Shown: positions 18,053-27,701 of the stretch, piece after piece
Layout: each line of letters begins with the position of its first letter
How positions within the stretch are numbered: the stretch's first letter is position 1
The notes under the pieces: model-generated
What the model was told of the DNA's origin: nothing
Seen by the model: only the letters and a program-made list of their open reading frames with translations
Databases searched by the model: none
Position numbers and translations under genes: made by a program
NCBI GenBank assembly: GCA_937890005.1
Contig: CALBZA010000017.1
Location: 7,571-71,570 of the forward strand
Source of the DNA: an uncultured Verrucomicrobia subdivision 3 bacterium
Lineage (GTDB): Bacteria > Verrucomicrobiota > Verrucomicrobiia > Limisphaerales > DASXHY01
Direction: 5' to 3'
DNA: 64,000 nt

Positions 18053-19588
18053 ATGCTGGCCTGGACGATTTACATTTCATTTCTCGGTGTGCTGGTGCTG
18101 ATGCTCCTGCCGAAGGACAATCCGCGCGCGGCGCGCGGCGTGGCATTCGCAACGGCTTTTGCGGGGCTGGTGATTGCCTTGGTCGCTTACGCCGGGTTCA
18201 AGGCCGGTGAACTGCTGACCATCGCCGACAAAGCATGGATTCCGACGCTTGGATTCCGATACCAGCTGGCTGCGGACGGCGTGAGCCTGACGCTGGTTCT
18301 GCTGACGGGACTGGCAGCGGTCGCGGGAATTCTTTTCTCCTGGAACATCGAGCATCGCGCGAAGGAATTTTTCGCCTTCTATCTCGCGCTGATCGGCGGT
18401 GTGTATGGCGTGTTCCTGAGCTTCGATCTGTTCCTGCTTTTTGTGTTCTACGAAATCGCGATCATTCCCAAGTATTTCATCATCGCGATCTGGGGTTCGA
18501 CGCGCCGCGAGTACGGCGCCATGAAACTCGCGCTCTATTCGTTCATCGGCAGCGCCATGGTGCTGGTGGGAATGATTGCGGCGTATGTGGTTTCCGGCGC
18601 GGAGACCATGAGCCTTGTGGAACTGGCGAAGTTTTCGTTCCCGCACAGTTTTCAAATGTGGGCGTTCCCGCTGGTGTTCGTCGGTTTTGCCATCCTGGCC
18701 GGCATGTGGCCGTTCCACACCTGGGCGCCGACCGGTCACGTGGCTGCGCCGACCGCTGCTTCGATGCTGCTGGCCGGCGTGGTGATGAAGCTCGGCGCGT
18801 ATGGCTGTTTGCGTGTGGCGATGACGCTTTTCCCGCAGGGACTGGAACCGTGGGGCTGCACGGTGCTCGGATTCGGATCGTGGCGCGATGTGTTCGCGGT
18901 GCTGGCGGTGATCGGAATCGTTTACGGCGCAATGGTCGCGCTGGTGCAGAAGGATTTCAAATTCGTCATCGGTTATTCGAGCGTCAGCCACATGGGATTC
19001 GTTCTGCTTGGACTCGTGACGTTGAACACGATCGGTGTCAGCGGTGCGGTGTTGCAGATGTTTTCGCACGGCGTGATCGCGGGCCTGCTGTTCGCTGTGG
19101 TCGGAAGGATGGTTTACGAACGAACCCACACACGCGAGCTGCCGATGCTGGAAGCGATGCGGCTTTCGAAGATGCTGCCGTTCGCGGCGGTGACGTTTGT
19201 GATTGCCGGCGTGGCATCGATGGGCATGCCGGGCTTCAGCGGATTCATCGCGGAATTGCAGGTGTTGATCGGCGCGTGGAAGTCGTATCCCGCACTCGCG
19301 ATCATCACCGGTGTAGGCATTCTGATTGGCGTTGCCTACACCTTGCGTGCGACACAGAAAGCCTTCTTTGGTGACGACACCACTGCCGCGGCCACGGCTG
19401 ATGCCGATGAAAACAGCCACGGCCATGAACCGCTTCAGCCGATCTCCGTGCCCGAACGTTTGGGAGCGACGCTTTTGATCGGCGCATCCGTTCTGGTCGG
19501 CCTTTATCCGCACGTGCTGTTGAAAATCATCGTTCCGAGTTTTGAATCGCCGTTGTTCCAATGGATTCAGAAAGGAGGTGCTCAATGA
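18053..19588 (+). CDS. nuoM: NADH-quinone oxidoreductase subunit M (copy 2, divergent paralog)
   Basis: LGFRYQLAADGVSLTLVLLT...FVFYEIAIIPKYFIIAIWGS...HTWAP is the same NuoM signature set as the preceding gene. Confidence 0.85.
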   Translation: MLAWTIYISFLGVLVLMLLPKDNPRAARGVAFATAFAGLVIALVAYAGFKAGELLTIADKAWIPTLGFRYQLAADGVSLTLVLLTGLAAVAGILFSWNIEHRAKEFFAFYLALIGGVYGVFLSFDLFLLFVFYEIAIIPKYFIIAIWGSTRREYGAMKLALYSFIGSAMVLVGMIAAYVVSGAETMSLVELAKFSFPHSFQMWAFPLVFVGFAILAGMWPFHTWAPTGHVAAPTAASMLLAGVVMKLGAYGCLRVAMTLFPQGLEPWGCTVLGFGSWRDVFAVLAVIGIVYGAMVALVQKDFKFVIGYSSVSHMGFVLLGLVTLNTIGVSGAVLQMFSHGVIAGLLFAVVGRMVYERTHTRELPMLEAMRLSKMLPFAAVTFVIAGVASMGMPGFSGFIAELQVLIGAWKSYPALAIITGVGILIGVAYTLRATQKAFFGDDTTAAATADADENSHGHEPLQPISVPERLGATLLIGASVLVGLYPHVLLKIIVPSFESPLFQWIQKGGAQ

Positions 19589-21063
19589 GCTACCTCGAAC
19601 TTCTGAAACTGGCGCTGCCTGAAACGATTCTTGTCGCGACGGCATTTTTCATCCTGGTCGCGGACCGTTCCACGGGCGGACTCGACCGGCGGCTTCGATT
19701 CCGCATTGGCGGATTGATTGCGAGTGTTGGTTGTGCCTTGGCGGCCGGCTGGATCGCTGTGACGCCGGCGCACGCCAATGTGATGAATGGCTTGCTGGTG
19801 ATTGATCCGCTCACGCGCCTGGTGAAAGCGGGCATTCTCATTTTGACCATCCTCACGGTGCTGCTTTCATCCGACTCGGATTTCACGGAGCACGTGGGCG
19901 AATACATGGCGCTGATTTTGTTCGCCGCGGTGGGAATGATGTTTCTGGTGAGCGCGGAGGACATCCTGATGATCTTCGTTTCGCTGGAACTGACGAGCCT
20001 GTCGCTTTACATCCTGACCGCGTTCAACAAACGGAACATCAAGTCGGCCGAGGCGGCGTTGAAATATTTCCTGTTTGGTGGAATGGCCGCGGCATTCACG
20101 TTGTTTGGCCTGAGCCTCGTGTATGGCCTTTCTGGATCGACCAACCTTCACCAGATCGCTGCTGCGCTGGCGGGGAAGGGACTTGATCCGTTGCTGGTCG
20201 TTGCGGTTGTGATGACCATTGTCGGATTCGGCTTCAAAGTGGCGGCGGTTCCGTTTCATCTCTGGGCGCCGGATGCCTATGAAGGCGCGCCGGCACCGAG
20301 CGCGGCGTTTATTGCGTCAGGGTCGAAGGTCGCGAGCTTCTTTATTTTTGCGAAGCTGTTGATGATCGGTTTCGCCGGAGTGGAAGGAAGCGGGGCGTGG
20401 CGCAGCTTCGTTTCTGGCTGGATTCCCACCGTGGCGGTCATTGCTGGTGCATCCATGATTCTCGGCAATCTTGCGGCCATCGTGCAGGGAAGCGTGCGAA
20501 GGCTGCTGGCGTATTCGGCGATTGCACATGCCGGTTATGCACTGCTGGGAATTGCGGCGAACAACGAAGACGGCGTGGCATCGCTGCTTTATTACGTTTT
20601 GACCTACGGCCTCACAACGGTGGGCGCGTTTGGTGTGATTGCAGTGGTGGAAAACAGAACTGGCGGTGACACGATGAGCCACTTCGCCGGACTGAGCCGG
20701 CGGGCGCCGTTGATTTCGTTTTGCATGTTCGTGTTTCTGCTTTCGCTGGCAGGCATTCCGCCGCTGGCAGGTTTCTTCGGAAAATTCTATCTCTTTGCCG
20801 CGGCGGTGAAGGGTGGAGAAAACCTGGGCCTGCTCTGGCTGGTGATCCTGGCCATCGCAACGAGTGCAGTGTCGCTTTACTACTACCTCAAGGTGCTGAA
20901 GCAGATTTACGTGGCGGCACCTGAAACGAATGAACCGGTGCAGGTGCCGATTCTTCAGCAGATCGTTCTTGGCTTGATCGCGGCTGCTGTGGTGATCCTC
21001 GGTTGCGTGCCGGCCGTGGTAGTCGATGCGTTGAAGACGGCGATCCAGGCGGCAGGCCACTGA
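19585..21063 (+). CDS. nuoN: NADH-quinone oxidoreductase subunit N
   Basis: Contains FVSLELTSLSLYILTAF...KYFLFGGMAAAFTLFG...FHLWAPDAYEGAP, the ND2/NuoN signature. 4-nt overlap with nuoM2. Confidence 0.9.
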   Translation: MSYLELLKLALPETILVATAFFILVADRSTGGLDRRLRFRIGGLIASVGCALAAGWIAVTPAHANVMNGLLVIDPLTRLVKAGILILTILTVLLSSDSDFTEHVGEYMALILFAAVGMMFLVSAEDILMIFVSLELTSLSLYILTAFNKRNIKSAEAALKYFLFGGMAAAFTLFGLSLVYGLSGSTNLHQIAAALAGKGLDPLLVVAVVMTIVGFGFKVAAVPFHLWAPDAYEGAPAPSAAFIASGSKVASFFIFAKLLMIGFAGVEGSGAWRSFVSGWIPTVAVIAGASMILGNLAAIVQGSVRRLLAYSAIAHAGYALLGIAANNEDGVASLLYYVLTYGLTTVGAFGVIAVVENRTGGDTMSHFAGLSRRAPLISFCMFVFLLSLAGIPPLAGFFGKFYLFAAAVKGGENLGLLWLVILAIATSAVSLYYYLKVLKQIYVAAPETNEPVQVPILQQIVLGLIAAAVVILGCVPAVVVDALKTAIQAAGH

Positions 21064-21147
21064 GCCGGCAACCGGGATTCTTCTCGTCGAGACAGATTTC
21101 CCCTCGCGTGTGCGGGAGAACTTTGCTTTGCTTCGCGCGGGACGCAA

Positions 21148-24100
21148 ATGACCTCATCCAGAAATCTTCTCGCCTGGCCGGCCATACTTCTGAGCCTGTT
21201 TGGAATCAGCTCCTCCAACGCGCAATCGACCAACGACGCCAAAATCTGGGTTCGAACGGCGGGAAATCCGCGCCCGGAAGAGCGCTGGGTTGAGCCGGAT
21301 CGTGGTGAATATTTCACCCTGGATCAGGTTGCATTCAGAGCCGTCGCGCAAAAGGCGTCGCGCGGTGAGCCATCGTCGGCGCGCGCCAGTGGAATGGAAG
21401 TCGAACTGCCGATGCCGGATGGAACGACCGCGCGATTCGCGATTGTGGAAGCGCCGATCATGGAGCCCGAGCTCGCGGCGAAGTTTCCGCAGATTACAAC
21501 CTACGCCGGACAGGGAATTAATGATCCCGACGCGACCGTGCGGCTGGATCTGACGCCATTGGGATTTCATGCGCAGGTGCTGTCGCCGCGCGGTGCGATC
21601 TACGTTGATCCTGCGTTTCGCGGTGACACCAACACCCACGTGGCCTATTGGAAGCGCGATTTGCGGAGGAACACGACATTTCGATGTTCTCCTCCGATTC
21701 CCATTGGTTCGGCCATTCGCCCGGATCTGTCTCTCCAGGTGCGACGACCGCTTTCAGGAGGCAGTCTCAGAACGTTCCGGCTGGCGGTATCCACGACTGG
21801 CGAATATACGGCTTTCTTCGGCGGGACTGTGGAAGCGGCGATGTCGGCAGTCGTCACCGCCGTCAATCGCGTGACGGGCATTTACGAACAGGAACTGGCC
21901 GTGCGGCTCGTGCTCGTGGCGAACAATGACCTTCTGATTTTCACCGACGGGAACAGCGATCCATTCACGAACGAGAATGAGAGCTGGATGCTCGACGAGA
22001 ATCAGGGCGTCGTCGATTCGATCATCGGCAGTGCCAACTATGACATTGGACATGTCTTCGGCACTGGCGGTGGAGGAATTGCAACGCTAGGGAGTGTTTG
22101 TCATCCCTCCTACAAGGCCCGAGGCGCAACCGGTGCTTTCTCCCCTGTTGGCGATGCCTTTTACATCGATTACGTCGCGCACGAAATGGGACATCAGTTC
22201 GGAGCGAATCATACGTTCAACAGCACCTCGGGCGCATGCGGTAGCGGGAACCGGCATGGACCAACGGCGTATGAACCGGGAAGCGGATCGACGATCATGG
22301 CCTATGCGGGAATCTGTACGGGAAACGATCTCCAGTTTCACAGCGACCCTTATTTTCACGCCGGCAGTCTGGACGAAATCCACACATTCCTGAACACGGA
22401 TGCCGGTTGCGCAATGGGATCCGCAACCGGCAATTCTCCGCCCGTGCCAAACGCCGGGGCAAACTATGTGATCCCGGCAAACACACCGTTTGTGCTTACC
22501 GCCAGCGCCACTGACCCGGATGGAGATGCGCTGACTTATTGCTGGGAGCAAATGGATCTCGGTCCCTCGGCATCGCTTTCAGCCGGCGATTCAGGGAGCG
22601 GCCCGCTGTTCCGCTCATTTCTGCCGACCACAAGTCCGGTTCGATACTTCCCGAAACTCAGCAGCGTTCTGGCGAATACCAACTGGAATCAGGAAAAACT
22701 GCCCACCACGAGCCGGACGATGAACTTCCGCGTTACTGTCCGGGATAATCGACCGGGCGGTGGTGGTGTGGCTGATGACGACATGACGGTCACAGTTGTT
22801 GGAACCGCCGGGCCGTTCCGGGTGACTTCGCCCAACACGGCTGTGGCCTGGGCAGGAAACCAGACCGTGACATGGAATGTTGCGGGAACGACTGCCGCCC
22901 CGATCAATGCCTCGAGCGTGAACATCTTTCTCTCTGTAGATGGTGGCCAGACTTTTTCGTATCAGCTGGCGACGAATGTGCCGAACACCGGTTCCCGACT
23001 CGTCACGCTTCCGAACGTGAGCACGTCACAGGCGCGGGTGAAGGTTCAGGCGGCAGGAAACATTTTTTACGACATTTCCGACGCCAACTTCACCATCGTT
23101 CCCAGCGGCCCGTTCGTTTCTGTTTCAAATGCCGTGGTGACCTCGGAATCGTGTTTTCCAACGAACGGCTGGATCGATCCGTTTGAAACGGTCACGGTGA
23201 ATTTCACATTTCAGAACACCGGGACAGCTCCCACGACCAATCTGGTTGTGACGCTTCTGCAAACGAATGGAATCTATTATCCAGGCGCTCCGCAGAACAT
23301 CGGGGTGATTCCGGTCGGAAGCACAGCGACGCGGTCATTTCAGTTCACTCCATCGGGAAGCTGCGGCGGTTCGCTCACAGCTCTGTTTCAGCTGTCCGAC
23401 AACGGCACGTCCCTTGGAACGGCAGCCTGGCCATTCACCCTGGGGAGCGTGCAATCGACGATCGTGACGCAGGTGTTCAACAATCCGGGTTTCATCGTAA
23501 TTCAGGATGCCGATGTTGCCTGGCCGTATCCGTCATCAATCAATGTGGGTGGCGTTTCAGGCGAGGTGGTGAAAGTGACCGTGACATTGAACGGGCTCAG
23601 CCACACTTATCCCGATGACATCGGGATGCTGCTGGTCGCCCCGAACGGGCGGGCGGTGAAGTTGATGGATGCATGTGGCGGTGATGGTGATCTGTCGTTC
23701 ATCAATCTGACCTTTGATGACGCCGCCCCGGCCTCTCTACCCGATTCGACGCAGATATTCGGCGGAACGTATCGCCCGACCGATAATTTTCCAAATGACG
23801 GATTGGAGGGAACGCCGCCGCCTCCGTATCAAACCACTTTGCTTTCGCTGGGGACAGTTCCGAACGGAACATGGTCTCTTTATATTCAGGATTTCAACGT
23901 GGCCGATTTTGGTGACATCAGCGGCGGCTGGACGTTGCGGATCGTTTCGTCGAACGCCGTCGTCAGCTGTTGTTCGACTTTCCCGCAGCCATCGTTCACG
24001 AGCATGACGAGGGAAGGCGAACTGGTTCGTTTCAGCTGGAGCGCGATTCCCGGTCCGAACTATCAGGTTCAATATCGAACCAACCTGACTGTCGGTTCAT

Positions 24101-24207
24101 GGCAGAATTTCGGCGGACCGATTCCGGGAACCAACATGGTGCTGACCGTGACGGACTCAGTCGCAGCGGAACCGGTTAGGTTCTACAGAGTGATTGTGTT
24201 GCCGTGA
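21148..24207 (+). CDS. Secreted zinc metalloprotease (metzincin, reprolysin/M12B-like) with a proprotein-convertase P-domain and C-terminal beta-sandwich domains
   Basis: Signal peptide MTSSRNLLAWPAILLSLFGISSSNAQS. Zinc site HEMGHQFGANH (HExxHxxGxxH). P-domain-like block YPDDIGMLLVAPNGRAVKLMD...LTFDD. The C-terminus ends in FYRV. Confidence 0.75.
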   Translation: MTSSRNLLAWPAILLSLFGISSSNAQSTNDAKIWVRTAGNPRPEERWVEPDRGEYFTLDQVAFRAVAQKASRGEPSSARASGMEVELPMPDGTTARFAIVEAPIMEPELAAKFPQITTYAGQGINDPDATVRLDLTPLGFHAQVLSPRGAIYVDPAFRGDTNTHVAYWKRDLRRNTTFRCSPPIPIGSAIRPDLSLQVRRPLSGGSLRTFRLAVSTTGEYTAFFGGTVEAAMSAVVTAVNRVTGIYEQELAVRLVLVANNDLLIFTDGNSDPFTNENESWMLDENQGVVDSIIGSANYDIGHVFGTGGGGIATLGSVCHPSYKARGATGAFSPVGDAFYIDYVAHEMGHQFGANHTFNSTSGACGSGNRHGPTAYEPGSGSTIMAYAGICTGNDLQFHSDPYFHAGSLDEIHTFLNTDAGCAMGSATGNSPPVPNAGANYVIPANTPFVLTASATDPDGDALTYCWEQMDLGPSASLSAGDSGSGPLFRSFLPTTSPVRYFPKLSSVLANTNWNQEKLPTTSRTMNFRVTVRDNRPGGGGVADDDMTVTVVGTAGPFRVTSPNTAVAWAGNQTVTWNVAGTTAAPINASSVNIFLSVDGGQTFSYQLATNVPNTGSRLVTLPNVSTSQARVKVQAAGNIFYDISDANFTIVPSGPFVSVSNAVVTSESCFPTNGWIDPFETVTVNFTFQNTGTAPTTNLVVTLLQTNGIYYPGAPQNIGVIPVGSTATRSFQFTPSGSCGGSLTALFQLSDNGTSLGTAAWPFTLGSVQSTIVTQVFNNPGFIVIQDADVAWPYPSSINVGGVSGEVVKVTVTLNGLSHTYPDDIGMLLVAPNGRAVKLMDACGGDGDLSFINLTFDDAAPASLPDSTQIFGGTYRPTDNFPNDGLEGTPPPPYQTTLLSLGTVPNGTWSLYIQDFNVADFGDISGGWTLRIVSSNAVVSCCSTFPQPSFTSMTREGELVRFSWSAIPGPNYQVQYRTNLTVGSWQNFGGPIPGTNMVLTVTDSVAAEPVRFYRVIVLP

Positions 24208-24220
24208 ACTTCGGGCGCGA

Positions 24221-25243
24221 TCATTGAGTCACCTTGACCACGCGAATTTTCCCGGGATTGGAAATGCCGAGTTCCAGCAATTCCGCATTTGAGTAGAGTT
24301 CCATATTGGTTTTCAAACGCGGCGCCTTGGATTTTTCCCGTTGCTGTTCCAGTTCCTGAAGCGACAACGCGTCCAGCGCCACGGGATCTTTGCTGAAACG
24401 AAGTTGATTCAAAGGCGTTGAGTAGTGCAGAAGCGTGCGTTCCTCTCCTTCGTACTGGCAGATCAGGGCATCGACAATGTTCAGAACCACCTTGTCGCTG
24501 AGAGCGGGCAGAGCATAGATTTCCGGCACGGCAGTGGCGAGTCGGGCGGGATCGTTCTCGAAGCGGCGCGAGTTGTCCACGCTGCCGAGCGCGAGACTGT
24601 ACAGGTTTCCCACCACGCCGACCTGATTGTGATTCATCAGCGGCGTGATGTTGATGATCTTCGTGATGTCACGACTCACGAGCTTCGATACGAACGATCT
24701 TTTTCCCACGCCCTCGCCCTTGCGACCGAACTCCAGGTCACCCCAGACCAACGTGCCGATCAGCGACGATTCATAATACGTTTTCTCGTCGAAACCGGCT
24801 TCGGCGCTGCCGACGAGACGGATTCCCAGTTGCTCGCTCAGTCTGTTGAATCCGGCCAGCTTCAGGTCGCCGAGGCGTTTGTCCCAAACGATGATGTTGT
24901 TCGTTGGAATTCCCGCTGCGATCAGGCTTTGAACCACAGCAGCGACGACACTTTGCCGGGTGCCGCTGTTGGGACCCGGTTCGGAAAACACTTTGATGCC
25001 GACAACATCATTCGTTCTGACAAGTGAAAGCCACGCATCACGGATGGTCGCGGTCTGTGTCAGTCTGGTGAGTCCTTGAACGAGCATTGGCTCCATCTGA
25101 TCCGGCCGGGGGCGAAACGCTTCGGTGGCGAGCGGGTTTTCCACCACGAACACGGTCGATCGCGCCGGGCCCTGCGTGCGGATCGATTGATCGAACTGTG
25201 CGTGCAGTCCGGGGAGGAAGCAGAGCAACACCAGCGCAAACAT
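24221..25243 (-). CDS. Secreted DUF362-like protein
   Basis: Signal peptide MFALVLLCFLPGLHAQ at an internal ATG of the 574-aa ORF. VVGIKVFSEPGPNSGTRQSVVAAVVQSLIAAGIP...IIVWD resembles the DUF362 core. The family call was made from memory only. Confidence 0.5.
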   Translation of the reverse strand: MFALVLLCFLPGLHAQFDQSIRTQGPARSTVFVVENPLATEAFRPRPDQMEPMLVQGLTRLTQTATIRDAWLSLVRTNDVVGIKVFSEPGPNSGTRQSVVAAVVQSLIAAGIPTNNIIVWDKRLGDLKLAGFNRLSEQLGIRLVGSAEAGFDEKTYYESSLIGTLVWGDLEFGRKGEGVGKRSFVSKLVSRDITKIINITPLMNHNQVGVVGNLYSLALGSVDNSRRFENDPARLATAVPEIYALPALSDKVVLNIVDALICQYEGEERTLLHYSTPLNQLRFSKDPVALDALSLQELEQQREKSKAPRLKTNMELYSNAELLELGISNPGKIRVVKVTQ

Positions 25244-25275
25244 TGCGCGGCAACCTTGATTTATCAGTGCGTTTC

Positions 25276-25304
25276 TTGACACGTCAGGGCGCGAATGGTA
25301 CCAC
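25276..25304 (+). promoter_or_regulatory. Candidate sigma70-type promoter TTGACA-17-TACCAC; the -10 ends 8 nt before ATG 25313 (leaderless mRNA predicted)
   Basis: tttcttgaca (25273-25281), a 17-nt spacer, taccac (25299-25304), then gggttcca and the ATG. Confidence 0.3.
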
Positions 25305-25312
25305 GGGTTCCA

Positions 25313-26950
25313 ATGCTGATCATCAAAAATTGGGGGGTGAAATGTGCTCTTCTTCTGCTGCTGGCGATGGGGTTGGCAGGGTGCATGCCCGCGGGGCCGA
25401 AAGCGCTCCTGAACGGGCAGAAACTGATCGAAGAAGGTGATTTCCCCAATGCAGTCGCGAAGCTCCAGACGGCGACATCGCTGATGCCGACGAATGCGGC
25501 GGCCTGGAATTACCTCGGGATCGCGTTGCAACACATGGGACAATCGACGAACGCCGAAGCAGCGTATCTCAAGGCATTGTCTCTCGATCGGAACCTTTCC
25601 GAAGCCCAGTTCAATCTTGGCTGTCTGCGGCTTGAGGAACAGCGGCTTGACGCGGCGAAGTCGGCGCTCATTTCCTACACCGCGTTGCGTGGAAATTCGA
25701 TTGAAGGCTGGCTGAAACTCGGGACCGTGCAATTGCGGCTGAGGGAACTCGCGGCAGCGGAAAAAAGTTTCAACGAAGTGCTCGCGCTCGATGAGAAAAA
25801 CCCGGAGGCGTTGAACAATCTCGGGGTCATTCATCTTCAACGTCGCGATGCGCGCCAGGCAGCGGCATTCTTCAATCGTGCCCTGGAGGCGAAACCGGAT
25901 TACGGTCCCGCGCTTTTGAATCTCGCAGTCGTCAATCACGTTCACCTGAACAATCCCGCCCCGGCGCTTCGAAACTACAAGGAATATCTGGCGCTCTCCG
26001 ATGAGAACGCGGATTCGGAAACAGTTCTCGCCATAGCCGCGTCACTTGAACAGCAGCTCAATCCCGCCCCGGCGACTGCTTCAACAACGCGCGAGGTCGA
26101 ACCGGCAGAGGTTGCAGCGGCCAGGCCTCCGGTGACGCGGACGACGACGAATCCACCGCCTCGGACAACAACTCAGGTGGCAAGGGCTGCTGACAGTTCT
26201 CGTTCCGGTGCTGACGCTGCTCCTACCAGAACGACGCCGACCGACAGCCCGGCAAATGCAGCCGCGACCCAGCCGCGGACCGAAACCCCGACAAACAAAC
26301 CGGGCATTCTTCGCCAGATGAATCCAATGCGGCTGTTTCGTTCCGACGAAAGAACGGAACCGCAATCGACGGCGTCCGCGTCCAGACCGTCATCGACTCA
26401 AGCCACACAAGGTTCAACGGATGCCAAAGCACTGGCCGCGTTTCCGCGTTACAAATACAAGAACCCGCGAAAACCGGAGGCGGGTGATGTTCCTGCCGCG
26501 CGGAGAGTTTTTCAGGAAGGATCTCGTGCGCATCAGGGGCACCGCTACGACGAGGCGTTGGCGGCATATCAGCAGGCGACGAAGCTTGATCCAGCCTTTT
26601 ATGAGGCCTACTACAACATGGCGCTTGCGTCTTTGGGCGTCGGAAATCTGTCCCAAGCTTTGACAGCCTACGAATCCGCGCTCGCGATTCGTCCGGATTC
26701 GCTGGATGCGCGATATAATTTCGCCGTGGCATTGCGGCAGGGGAATTTCATTGCGGACGCCATTCGCGAGTTTGAGAACGTTCTCTCCCGCTATCCCCGC
26801 GAAGCCCGGGTTCACATAGCCCTGGGAAGCATCTATGCCCAGCAGCTTCGGAACAACGCCAGGGCGAAGGAACACTACAACCGGGCGCTGGAGCTGGATC
26901 CGAAGAATCCCCAGGCAGCCACCATCCGATACTGGCTCAGTTCTCACTGA
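25313..26950 (+). CDS. TPR-repeat lipoprotein with a Pro/Thr-rich linker
   Basis: Lipobox LAMGLAGC. Multiple TPR units (AWNYLGIALQHMGQSTNAEAAYLKAL, EAYYNMALASLGVGNLSQALTAYESAL). The central tract is PPVTRTTTNPPPRTTT. Confidence 0.75.
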   Translation: MLIIKNWGVKCALLLLLAMGLAGCMPAGPKALLNGQKLIEEGDFPNAVAKLQTATSLMPTNAAAWNYLGIALQHMGQSTNAEAAYLKALSLDRNLSEAQFNLGCLRLEEQRLDAAKSALISYTALRGNSIEGWLKLGTVQLRLRELAAAEKSFNEVLALDEKNPEALNNLGVIHLQRRDARQAAAFFNRALEAKPDYGPALLNLAVVNHVHLNNPAPALRNYKEYLALSDENADSETVLAIAASLEQQLNPAPATASTTREVEPAEVAAARPPVTRTTTNPPPRTTTQVARAADSSRSGADAAPTRTTPTDSPANAAATQPRTETPTNKPGILRQMNPMRLFRSDERTEPQSTASASRPSSTQATQGSTDAKALAAFPRYKYKNPRKPEAGDVPAARRVFQEGSRAHQGHRYDEALAAYQQATKLDPAFYEAYYNMALASLGVGNLSQALTAYESALAIRPDSLDARYNFAVALRQGNFIADAIREFENVLSRYPREARVHIALGSIYAQQLRNNARAKEHYNRALELDPKNPQAATIRYWLSSH

Positions 26951-27019
26951 CCTTGTGGCATGGAAATGGCTCGGTTTGGGACGTCGTGTCGCATTCATCA
27001 ACCGCGGCGCGCGTCTCAA

Positions 27020-27628
27020 ATGAATTTTAATCTGCCATTTAACTGGTTCGACGTCCTCACGGTCGTGTTGCTCTTTGTCGGAATCCAGTGTGGACGCAAA
27101 CACGGACTGTCGGTCGAACTGCTCAAAACTTTGATGTGGATATCGATCGCGGCGATCTGCGGGCTGGCTTACGCACCGGTCGGTTCGATCCTGGCGCAAA
27201 AATCGGTGTTCAGCCTGCTGTCCGGCTACCTGATGGCCTATGTTGCCATTGCTGGCCTGGTTGCAATCGCTTTTGTCTATGTGAAACGTGCGCTGGGCGG
27301 AAAACTGATTGGAAGTGACACATTCGGCGGAAGTGAATTTTACCTGGGCATGCTGGCGGGAATGATCCGGTTTGCATGCATTCTCATCTCGGTGCTGGCC
27401 CTGTTGAATGCCCGCTATTACAACCCCGCTGAAATTCGGGCGAAGCAAAAATTCCAGAGTGAAGTCTATGGAAGCAATTTCTTCCCGGAACTCTATGAGA
27501 TTCAGGCGCAGGTGTTCGAGAAATCGCTCCTCGGTCCGGTATTTCGCAATCAGCTCGGGTTTCTCCTCATCAAGCCCACCGCACCCGAGGTGAAGGAATT
27601 CAAGCAGCGCGAATACGCGACGCCCTGA
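27020..27628 (+). CDS. cvpA: CvpA-family membrane protein
   Basis: MNFNLPFNWFDVLTVVLLFVGIQCGRKHGLSVELLK is the typical CvpA N-terminus, followed by four TM segments. Confidence 0.65.
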   Translation: MNFNLPFNWFDVLTVVLLFVGIQCGRKHGLSVELLKTLMWISIAAICGLAYAPVGSILAQKSVFSLLSGYLMAYVAIAGLVAIAFVYVKRALGGKLIGSDTFGGSEFYLGMLAGMIRFACILISVLALLNARYYNPAEIRAKQKFQSEVYGSNFFPELYEIQAQVFEKSLLGPVFRNQLGFLLIKPTAPEVKEFKQREYATP

Positions 27629-27701
27629 TGGCGGCCTCATCGAAGGCACGCGTTCGCACAAACGTCTTTCTCTCCTTTTTCCTGCGCTCTAACCTTGGCG
27701 C

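Noticed and set aside
21064-21147. Possible rho-independent terminator after nuoN
   Set aside because: Only 4-5 bp stems with no following T-tract, so it is not convincing. The same holds for the 13-19 nt convergent gaps at 24208..24220 and 46605..46623.
25244-25945. N-terminal 234-aa extension of the 574-aa minus-strand ORF 24221..25945
   Set aside because: The extension overlaps the divergent TPR lipoprotein gene and promoter region. A clean signal peptide starts at the internal ATG 25243, so the shorter gene was called.
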